DNA from: Tubulanus polymorphus
Lineage: Eukaryota; Animalia; Nemertea
Assembly (NCBI RefSeq): GCF_964204645.1
Contig: NC_134032.1
Location: 10,900,275-10,964,274 of the forward strand
Direction: 5' to 3'
DNA: 64,000 nt
This document shows positions 23,123 to 32,715 of this stretch, piece by piece. The notes under the pieces were generated by a model. It saw only the letters and a list, made by a program, of their open reading frames with translations. It was not told where the DNA came from and did no database searches. Each line of letters begins with the position of its first letter. The first letter of the stretch is position 1. The position numbers were made by a program, and so were the translations under genes.

Positions 23123-25302
23123 ATGACTGCAATCTTCTACGGGATGCTATTGGGAGTCGCGTTCGTGTTGGCGCCGGTGGCAGCAATGGCGGAACCTCCC
23201 GTCTTGTCGGACTCAAAACCAAGTAAAACGTGTTTATTTTTCAAAGCAATGTTAGCGTCTACATTTTTCGGTGATAGTAAAACAAACGGCACCAAACATA
23301 TATGAATTTATGTACGCAAAGTTCAACAAAGCATTCAGTGTTATAAATACTTTTTGAATTATTTTGTTGTTCAAAAGGGAAAAATTAATAACTTACCAGC
23401 CTATACGTGCTTTTTTCAGGCACAGTAAATATAAGTAGCCTATCCGGTGACAGCTAGAATCTATGAATATAGCGCTAATCTATTGAATTCGTCAAATCCC
23501 AGAGCAGTCATGATTTTTCCAATTTTTAGTGTGTTTGATAAAGAACGATGTTGTTCTCGTGCTGGACCAGAGTGGAAGTTTGAAAAACGGAATAAATGGA
23601 CAAGGACCAGACAACATACCGACTGTCAGGAAAGCAACGGAAGACATCGTCAGGGGCTTGCCGCTTCCTAAAGCTAAAGGCGATTCCGCAATTTACGAGG
23701 TAACAATAAAATGTTGAAAGCACATCGCACATGTACAGGAAAACACAGAAACAGGAGACATGAACATGTTTCCCTATGTCATCACGAGAGCCGAGAAATA
23801 TGGTTTTGAGAACATTGTTTCCGAGATCAAACATGTTTGTTTCCGTGTTTCTGTATTTTCCTGCGTCGTGTGCGATGGCTTGAAGCTTATGGATGGCTTA
23901 CCGGTCTACCGGTCAACCATTGGTTTAGGATTAAAAATTCGAATTAAGCGAAAGAAACTAAACAAAAAATCTCTGAGTTTAACTTAACTTGACCAATCTG
24001 AATACTTTATGAATAATTCTGAATAAATATAAGCTTTAACTGGTAATTGATTTTAGATTTTTTTTCTAAATCATCTTTTAGGTAGAAGTGTATAGGTGGT
24101 CATATCTATACGGTATTTCCATATGAATAATGTACTAAATTGTTTTTTGTTCAGGTAGGGGTGTACATGTTTTCGGGAGCTGATGAACAGCTCATAGTTC
24201 AACAAATGACCGAGTTGCAAACGACGCAAGACGTTGATAATATCGTGACTAAAATCGATGATGCAAAAATTAACCACGGCCAGACACATACAGATACAGC
24301 GCTGAAGAATGTCAGAGAACAGGTAGATAAATATTATAGTCTCAGAAAATACCACCTGTAACCACATCCCAATCCAGCGATAAAGTGCAACATCTGTTAT
24401 GAGTTATGGACTCGCAAGTAATCGAGATCCGTTGGGTGCGGAGTCTCAGAATAAGTTAATTTTACGAATCTTTCCAAAAACGGACCATTTCAACTCATTA
24501 AAAACTGGGATCTAAATAAAAGTCAACTTGCTGAATATCTCGGCGATCATCACTCACTATGTACTTCCATCGTACTTTTAAAATTGAATAAACAAATTAG
24601 TTATTGTCACATGATTTGGCATCGACGCGTGCCAGGGTTTGGTTGCCTTTGCGCTATTGGTGATGCAACCAAATCCATCCTGGTAGTACTTGTCGAGAGA
24701 GATGCGTAAGAATCTTGACCATCATGTGCTGCTCCCGAATGGTGAATATGAGAACTAATTCACTTCTCACATGTCACAGTAAGAAAATCGAAAATCTTGA
24801 CTATCACGTGCTGCCCCTATATTAACCATTGGCGGTGAATGCGTGAACTAATCGAGTACTCGCATGCCACTGTAAGAATATTGATCTGTGTAGAATTCTG
24901 CCCATTGAATATTTGTATTCTCCCTAGAAATTCCCCCAAATCATCATACAATATTTCATTCACTTTCAGATGTTGCCGAACAGTCGCCCAGACGTGAACA
25001 ACACGGTCGTATTGATCACAGACGGCGAAATTTACAAAGGGAACGAGTTCATTAATATCGCAGAAGGCTTGTTGCTCGAGCAGGCGGATAAACTACGAGG
25101 CCCCAACACCCGTATCATCGGAGTCGGGGTCGGAGCAAAACTGCCGGAATTCAGAGAGCAGTTGAAGAAAGTGGTCAGTCGTCCGGTGAGCGAAAACTAC
25201 TTCGAAATAAAAGATTGGGAAAACGTCAAGAATTATATGGGGGAAGCGATCACGGCCACTTTGATATGCCCCCCGCCGTGCCGAATGAAATCATACAAAT
25301 GA
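23123..25302 (+). CDS. Secreted single-VWA-domain protein, paralogue B, 256 aa; coding exons 23123-23222, 23530-23699, 24155-24322, 24970-25302
   Basis: GT-AG introns at the same positions and phases as VWA-A; 771-nt open frame. Signal peptide; DVVLVLDQSGS, GQTHT, LITDG. AATAAA at 25364. Confidence 0.92.
23719..23880. mobile_element. Foldback/MITE-like hairpin in the VWA intron following coding exon 2
   Basis: AGCACATCGCACA..CAGGAAAACACAGAAAC pairs with GTTTCTGTATTTTCCTG..TGTGCGATGGCT. Also present in VWA-A copy 2 (~43154-43303) and mostly deleted in VWA-A copy 1. Confidence 0.6.
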
Positions 25303-25493
25303 ATCCTTTATCTGTTCATCTATATTCAGTCGTATTCCGATGAAACGTCATATGAAATCAAACAATAAACGTAAACATTTACAAAAAAAATCACTTTGTT
25401 ATTGTCATCTCGTCTGTAGTTCATATCATATTCGCCCCTGAAATATTACGACAGAACGTGGCAGTCAAGGTCAAACGAAGCTCAATATTCTTA

Positions 25494-25690
25494 CTCAACT
25501 TCAACTCAATTTAGATTAATTTCATAAGGAAGCATGTTTTAGGAATATTAACTAACAGAACAAAAATGAAAATTGAGAAGGCTTTCACATGAGGGCCAAG
25601 CAAAGGCCGCTACAGCCAGCACCCAAGGAAAAACAAAAAGATAGAAAAGAAGAGAAGAGAGAAAGGACAATAAAAAAAGAATGAGGCCGA
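25494..25690 (-). mobile_element. Possible 3' end remnant of a non-LTR retroelement
   Basis: VWA A/B 3' homology breaks here. The minus strand reads a pyrimidine-rich tract ending in short repeats (TTGAG/TTGAAG). Pattern only, no coding match. Confidence 0.25.
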
Positions 25691-26419
25691 GTTAAGCGTG
25701 AGAGAGCCGTTTTGTTACAATATCATTGATCACTTGAGTCAAATTTAACTTAGGGTCATTGCGGACAACCTTCGCGCTCGTATCGAGCTGAAATCTAAGA
25801 TGATATTTTTCTTACAGAGTACTTTTTTCAAGCTAGTTACTTTTTCTCAATTTCGACAAATCAAGGTATCTTAAAGGATGAAGGAATGGGATCGATGGTA
25901 TACGTTCATGAGAATTTAGTTACGTAGTGAATATTCAGTAAAGATCGGTAATGTACTGTGTACCAGAAATCTTAAAAAAACCGTTCAACTGCTGGAAAAG
26001 AGTAAAATTGTCATACCACAGCGGAAATTGCACCAAAATAAACAACCTAACTTTTCCCGTAATTAAGTGTGTTCCCGGAAAAAATCCCATTCATATCAAT
26101 GAATTATAATCAATGAAAAGCTTTGTTATCAACTTTCACTGAAAATATTACAAAGAAACACATTCGATAAAATCAGACATCATTTACCAAATCAAGAGGC
26201 CCCATTAGAGGCACATTAACAACGAGATGAAATCTTATTTGCACGGTGCGAAAAAATTACTTATCGTTTAAATGAAAATCGCAACCCCCGACCTGACTCT
26301 AAATGCAACTTCACCATACCTACTAGAGACAAATTTGGGCGAAATAAACGAAACCCTAATGTCACGTGTTAGCATCAACGCATTCTCCCTCGATAGGGAT
26401 TCGTACCTGGTGGCACAGC

Positions 26420-26665
26420 TAGGGCGAACTTCGGTTATCGGAGTTAGTCGACTATAGTCGAACTAAACAAAACCAAATGTCCGTTAGTCTGAACTATCGT
26501 CCGGATATGGTCGAACACGGGATCGGGCATGGTCGCTGTAGTTCCGACCCATTTCCATGGCCGAAAGTGTGAAATTTTACGTTACGACCGAACTATGGTT
26601 ACCGAGCGTTCGGATATTAGTTCCGACCACTAGTCGACTAGCTACGAAAACCGAAGTTGGCCCTA
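26420..26665. mobile_element. MITE with ~35-bp TIRs (TAGGGCGAACTTCGGTT.../...AACCGAAGTTGGCCCTA), inserted in a fragment of the 12306-type element
   Basis: Direct inverted-repeat match and internal (TAGT)CGAAC/CCGAC motifs. Copy 2 at 55432-55677. Confidence 0.8.
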
Positions 26666-27005
26666 CTGCAGTGGCAGCCCCGATGTCATCAGGGTCCTCT
26701 TGAAATCGGAAATCAGAGTTTAGACACTGAGACAGCATTTCGAGCAAGACGGTGAAATAATTGGACAACGACAAAAAATGTGGTGTTACATACAGATTAA
26801 TCAAATGACTTGTTTAAATCATTCACAAGCAACATGTATAGTAACGAACCACACGCAAAGTAAGGACTGAATTAGATTATGATAAAGCTACAGTTGTTCT
26901 GGATACGATATGTATTACAAATGTTTTATGTCGTGTTCGACTAAATACGTATTTTCTCAAGTGGGATCTACTTCAATCAGCGCACAATTTGACTCCAGCG
27001 TCTGC

Positions 27006-28022
27006 TCATTTCCGTCGCGGGCAACCTTTGAATGCAAGCGATCGGAACTTTTTACTAGACAAACAGTAAACAACGAAATTGACGGAGGAATCAAGTTGAA
27101 CAAACAGAGAGGCCACAAAGTAGAAATTAAGATTTGGGATAAAACCTTTGAACTTGAAAAAGTGAATTAGTAACTTGTGTAAAGCCATTGGCATTTCGAG
27201 TAAAGCAAAAGTTGTTACAACTGAAATCGCTAGTATAACAGGTTGGTTATCACTGATTTTATGAGTGCTCATTTCGGAGCGTCTTTTAGACGCTATATAC
27301 AGAGAAAATATTAGAATTACATTTGCAAGAGCTATTCCAAAAAATGGTGCAAATACTCCCGATATGTGTATCACGTTAACCGTCTTTTTAATTCGGAGAG
27401 GGCGATTTACTGCTGTCCAAAGATTTCCTCCAAACGGGCAAAGAACGCTAACCATTGCAACATCTCTAGTAAAATATTGCCAGACTTGAGAAGCGACACT
27501 CAAAATAACGATCAATAATAAACAAATGTTACACGTCGATTTAGTGCAGATAATCCTAGATTTTAATGGAAAGAACACGACAATTAATCGTTCTAAACTG
27601 ATCAACATTGTCAGTAGATTCCTAATCATTTTAGAAATTTCTTGCACCAGGTTTGTGTGGCGGAGGAGAAATGGACCGATGAAATCGGTGTGTTCTAAGT
27701 AATAGACGTTCCGGCCGTACGTAAGCATGCCATCGGCATATCTTCCAGACTTTGCAATAGCCGTACCCAATAGAAACATATTATCCGCTATCGTTAGCAG
27801 ACGTAAAATGTAATACGTGGTTATTACACTTTTAAAACGAAAGAGAACGAAATGTGTGTAAATATTAAGGAAGAATCCCGTAGTCCACACTACAGGTGAA
27901 CAGTAAACGAGCACAATTATTCTGTTGGCGATTTCCTTACTGAATGGACAATCTTTTTCAACCGTAGCATTTGTCCATGATGCATTTCCGCCGTCACTAA
28001 TCGTCGGTGTTTCCAGCAACAT
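27006..28022 (-). CDS. Intronless class A (rhodopsin-like) 7TM GPCR, FMRFamide-receptor-like/Srw-type, paralogue A, 338 aa
   Basis: Seven hydrophobic segments. TM1 G..LN, TM2 LTIAD, TM3 ISLERLIVVFFPLK, TM6 FALLEMP, TM7 DSSVNFVVY, helix 8 SKKFR. N-terminal sequons NAS and NAT. Confidence 0.93.
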   Translation of the reverse strand: MLLETPTISDGGNASWTNATVEKDCPFSKEIANRIIVLVYCSPVVWTTGFFLNIYTHFVLFRFKSVITTYYILRLLTIADNMFLLGTAIAKSGRYADGMLTYGRNVYYLEHTDFIGPFLLRHTNLVQEISKMIRNLLTMLISLERLIVVFFPLKSRIICTKSTCNICLLLIVILSVASQVWQYFTRDVAMVSVLCPFGGNLWTAVNRPLRIKKTVNVIHISGVFAPFFGIALANVILIFSLYIASKRRSEMSTHKISDNQPVILAISVVTTFALLEMPMALHKLLIHFFKFKGFIPNLNFYFVASLFVQLDSSVNFVVYCLSSKKFRSLAFKGCPRRK

Positions 28023-28728
28023 ACCGAGCGAGAAAACCTATACGTAACGAGTCCGCGAGTCTAATTTACTTTCTATACAAATCATAAAATAATCACCGAA
28101 TGGCTGCGCACACGTCTTTAACTCTTAGAAAGCAAGGTTAATCGTACCTAATTTGCATCGCTTCCTCGACACAGCGCATTCATTCAAAGCAACTTGTTCA
28201 TTCATCTTTTCAGACTTATATCGCCGTTTATAATTTTGTTGAAGCGCGTCTGACATAAATCAAATATATACATATTTATAATCTGACATCGACCGCAGTC
28301 AAAATGTTACTGTCTATCAACGTTGTGACATCGACAAATACCTCCAAATATCATTAGCAGATTTAAAATTCCCTTTACCCAGCCGAGCTGGAAGTGACTG
28401 GTTCGCGGCGCTCCGTAACCGCGTGTAGGCCTGCTGAGAGTTTGCGCCAAACGGGCTGACGAAAGCGATATACCGCTGGCACTAAGCTTCCTAATGAAGT
28501 ATTCCCCCAGAAGGACATTTAATGGATGCATTTCGTTTTATTACTTTATTAATTTGTATTTTGGTTTTATAAGGACTGTGTATGCTAAACCAAAAACTAT
28601 GTAGAGGAAAAGCAATTCTTTTGGTTCGTGCATTCATTTCAGCTTGGAGTAATCGGTCTGTTTACGTAAAGATGTCAATTGTTATATGATAGGCCATGCA
28701 AATCTTTCATATCAATCTTTTATATTTA

Positions 28729-29774
28729 TCAGTCCGCAATTTGACTCCGGAATCTTTTAATTTTTCGTCGCGGGCAACCTTTGAATGCGAGTAATCTGAA
28801 TCTCTTACTAGACAAACTGTAAACAATAAAATTGACTGAGGAATCAAGCTGAACAAACAGAGACGCTACAACGTAGAAATTAAGATTTGGGATAAAACCT
28901 CTGAACTTGAAAAAGTGAATCAGTAACTTGTGCAAGGCCATTGGCATTTCGAGTAAAGCAAACGTTGTTACAACTGAAATCGCTAGTAAAACAGCTTGAT
29001 TATCATTGATTTTTTGAGTGCTCATTTCGGTGCGTCTTTTAGACGCTATATACAAAGAAAATACTAGAATTATATTTGCAAGAGCTATTCCGGAAAATGT
29101 TACAAATACGCCTAATAAGTGCGTCAGGTTAATTATCTTAACAATTCGGAGAGGGCGGCGTGCCAAAGCCCAAAGATCTCCTCTAAATGGGCAAAAAACC
29201 CTAATCTTTGCGATGTCTCTAGTGAAATACTGCCAGCCTTGAGAAGTCACACTCAAAATAACTATCAATAATAAACAAATGTTACACGTCGATTTAGTGC
29301 AGATTATCCTAGATTTTAATGGAAAGAACACGACAATTAATCGTTCTAAACTGATCAACATTATAAGCAGATTCCTTATCATTTTCGAAATTTCTTGCAC
29401 CAGGTTTGTGTGGCGGGCTAGAAATGGACCAAGGAAACTGACGTTATCTAAATAATAGATTTTTTGGCCGTACGTAAGCATGCTGTGGAAATACCTTCCG
29501 GACTTTGAAACAGCGGTACCCAATAGAAACATATTATCCGCTATCGTTAGCAGACGTAAAATGTAATACGTCGTTATTACACTTTTGAAACGAAAGAGAA
29601 CGAAATACGTGTAAATATTAAGTACAAATCCCGTAGTCCACACTACAGGTGAACAGTAAAGGAGCACAATTGTTCTGTTGGCGATTTCTTTATTGAACGG
29701 ACAATCTTTTCCAACTGTAGCGTTTAGCCATGACGCATTTCCGCCGTCACTAATCGTTGGTGTTTCAGCAACAT
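28729..29774 (-). pseudogene. GPCR paralogue B, copy 1; 1-nt deletion at codons 4-5 (~29764) separates the ATG (29774) from the 312-codon open remainder
   Basis: ATG TTG CTG AAA CAC CAA here vs ATG TTG CTG AAA ACA CCG in copy 2. Span is 1046 = 1047-1. The lesion is in a homopolymer, so a sequencing error is possible. Confidence 0.75.
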
Positions 29775-30766
29775 ACCGAACGAGAGTCCGCGTCAGATAT
29801 ACTTTCGACGATTAATGAAATAATCAGCGAATGGTCGCACACACGTTCTAACTAGTAGAATCCCGGAAAAAAGGTTAATCGTATCTTATTTACATCGCTT
29901 TCTCGACACAGCGCAATCGTTTGAAGCAACATTTTCATTCATCTATTCATTCGTATACCATAATCTGTATGTCTGATATAATTCAAATATAGACATATTT
30001 ATATTCTGACGTAGACCGCAGTCAGAATGTTTCTATTTATCAACGTACGACGTTTGTACTAATATCGATGAATTGTAACTTTCAGATATTAGCAGATTCA
30101 ATATTCCTTTTACAGTCCTGAGCTTAAGGTTGCGCTCAGTATACTGCGTGTTAGACCTACTGAGAGCTCGCGTCAAAACATGTGTCGCAATATGTACTAC
30201 TGGCACTCAGATTCAGTGAAGACTCAGAACGACGCAGAATCGTTGACATTCAAAAGCGACAAACAGGTATCGACCCAATACATGATGATGGCACTAGTGA
30301 CTTCAACGATCTCATCATAAAGTTGTATACCACTATTACTTCATAACCATACAATGCACCTACATACAAATTTGTATTGTATACACATTTTTCTCTATTA
30401 GGCAATAGGATAGGCTTGTATGCTGGGCTGCTGCATCTTCGTGGGAAAACATATTCTAAATTTTTTCAGACAATTCATCATATTCAAAGAAAATGAATCC
30501 ACGCGGCAACGTGCAGCTTTAATGACAGTGTATACACATTTCGCTACAACAAGTTGGTTGCCTTTCAAATTCTGCGCCACCTGCATTCGCAATCAGAATA
30601 CTAACTTTTCTTATATTTCAAACTAGTTCTCAACAAAGCTTTATGTAATTTACTTTTTGATAGAATTTCAGGCACTAGTAAAATGGGTCTACTTTGTGTC
30701 AACGAAACAAAAAGATATTAAACATAGCCGCAAAGCAGCGATATCGGGTTTTCTGACTTGAAATGA

Positions 30767-31290
30767 AAGCCGCATACCGGGGTATGAATCATTGAAACTT
30801 TCGCAACCCGGGTAAAAATACTTGAAACCCTCGCATACCGGGAAAAATCTTTGAAACCCTCGCATACCGGGATAAGAATCATTGAAACCCTCGCATACCG
30901 GGGTAAGAATCATTGAAACCCTCGCATACCGGGGTAAGAATCATTGAAACTTTCGCAAACCGGGTAAAAATCATTGAAACCCTTGCATACCGGGGTAAAA
31001 ATCTTTGAAACCCTCGCATACCGGGGTAAAAATCATTGAAACCCTCGGATCCCGGGGTAAGAATCATTGAAACCCTCGCATACCGGGGTAAGAATAATTG
31101 AAACCCACGCATACCGGGGTAAGAATCATTGAAACCCTCGCATACCGGGGTAAGAATCATTGAAACCCACGCATACCGGGGTAAGAATAATTGAAACCCA
31201 CGCATACCGGGGTAAGAATCATTGAAACCCTCGCATACAGGGGTAAGAATCATTGAAACCCACGCATACCGGGGTAAGAATAATTGAAAT
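30767..31290 (+). repeat. 31-bp minisatellite (GAATCATTGAAACCCTCGCATACCGGGGTAA), ~17 units
   Basis: Contiguous units with no spacers. Confidence 0.95.
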
Positions 31291-31317
31291 GTAAGAGAAT
31301 CGGGTTTACACATTTCA

Positions 31318-31780
31318 AGGGCCAGTTTCACAAAAACGGCTCATTTGCGAGCTGAACCGAGGGTTGGTCAATAATGCGAGCGCTTCAATCAGTTTTTAGA
31401 AGCCTGCAGTTTCATAGAATGAGTTTAGAATATTTAATCCCAGGGATCAGTTCACAGTGATGGCTTTAGGTTTGAGACCAGTCCAAGACCAGTTTCGCTC
31501 TATATACTGGTCTTAAGTTGTTAGATTGGTTATCTAACAACTCGAGACCGGTCTAAGCCCATTACGGACAACATTGTGCAACTGTCCCCTTGGATCCGAT
31601 TCACAAATATGATACATGAATTGTTTTTGTCAAACTCCACCCTCGGCTCAGTTTCATTTCATAAAACTTTACTCCAATCAATTTCTTAATCGTGCCGTTG
31701 ATAATTTTTTATGAAACTGAACCCTTGGTATGTGATTTATATAGGTTTATCATGTGTGACGCCGAGTCTATGAAACTGCT
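31318..31780. mobile_element. Cluster of nested/interleaved Harbinger-like MITEs
   Basis: TIR pairs: AGGGCCAGTTTCACAAAAA (31318) / TTTTTATGAAACTGAACCCT (31725); AGGGATCAGTTCACAGTG (31442) / CATTGTGCAACTGTCCCCT (31591); GCCTGCAGTTTCATAGA (31402) / TCTATGAAACTGCTGGC (~31783). Copy 2 at ~60559-61024. Confidence 0.6.
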
Positions 31781-32150
31781 GGCGTCTGTAATCACAACTA
31801 AAACAACAGAGAAAACATATATTTATTTCAAATAAAACCATACAACAGTTCATACAAAATCAAGTCCAAGTCCCATGATAAAGAATCCTGTTGATGTATC
31901 AGCTATTAGATTTTTGATCGTGGGACACGTCTTGGCACATCGTACAAAATAGATCAATTTACATTATTAATCATTAAGCAAATTAATTCAAGTTCACCCG
32001 GAACAAAACAGTTGAACCGGGTCCTGGGATACAAACAATTACAAACATACTGCTATTACATGGAGCGCGTAAAGTATCCAACGCCCTTGATCCATCTCAG
32101 AAAGGCCATCATTAATCCTCAATTCAATTTTCAGTGGCAATCAAAATGAG

Positions 32151-32442
32151 ATTGAAACCCACTATATATAAATCTAATTAAAATCAAAAGACGTTTCGGA
32201 GTCTCTCTAGAGACCATCGTGAAGAAATAACTAGAACACAGGGAAAATATAGAGGAAAGAACATGTTAATTGAGAAGTAAAGAAAGTAGGTTATTTTGTG
32301 CTTATAGGTTGAGAGGTTTTGTTATTTTGTGCGTAGGTTGTTCTAGTTATTTCTTCATTCACTCCATCTATCTCTTGATTTTGAAGAAAACTGAATAAAT
32401 TTCGTGCTTAATCACTTGAATTTCTATATAGTGGGTTCCAAT
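32151..32442. mobile_element. Foldback element, possibly an inverted Penelope-like terminal-repeat remnant
   Basis: Outer IR ATTGAAACCCACTATATA / TATATAGTGGGTTCCAAT; inner perfect 18-bp IR TGAAGAAATAACTAGAAC / GTTCTAGTTATTTCTTCA. Second copy at 61392-61683; its right end is also seen at 1-56. Confidence 0.5.
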
Positions 32443-32715
32443 ATCATTCTTATAATCTATTACCCCCGTATGAGGCTATGGGAGCTGCTCATTCTTCTGG
32501 AAAAATGACGTTACAGCTTTGAGACGAATGAGGGGGTGACTCCATTGTTTTTATAGATATGTGGTACGCGGTCTATGAAACCATCACAAACAGAACAACC
32601 GTAGCCTGCCCAAACCGGCCGGCACAATTAAACAATATTCATTTGGCTTAAAACTTCAAAATAGATCTAGGGATGATAAAGCAGATTTCTGAATAAAATG
32701 CAGCATATCGATCTC

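Larger units (their letters stand above)
1..32386 (+). repeat. Tandem segmental duplication unit, copy 1 (phase arbitrary, set by the window start)
   Basis: The sequence at 1 (AAAAATGAATAAATTTCGTGCTTAATCACTTG) recurs at 32387 and 61628. The ORF track repeats in the same order (e.g. 2093/34442/63682, 15210/44367, 27006/56097). Confidence 0.97.

Noticed and set aside
27265-27489. Antisense ORFs overlapping GPCR and VWA exons (e.g. 29018, 15333, 24071, 14566)
   Set aside because: Shadow ORFs of real coding exons with no independent support.
30767-31290. CRISPR-like repeat containing ATTGAAAC
   Set aside because: Units are contiguous with no unique spacers, there are no cas genes, and the context is eukaryotic. 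It is a minisatellite; its ORFs (MILTPVCEGF...) are artefacts of a 31-bp period.
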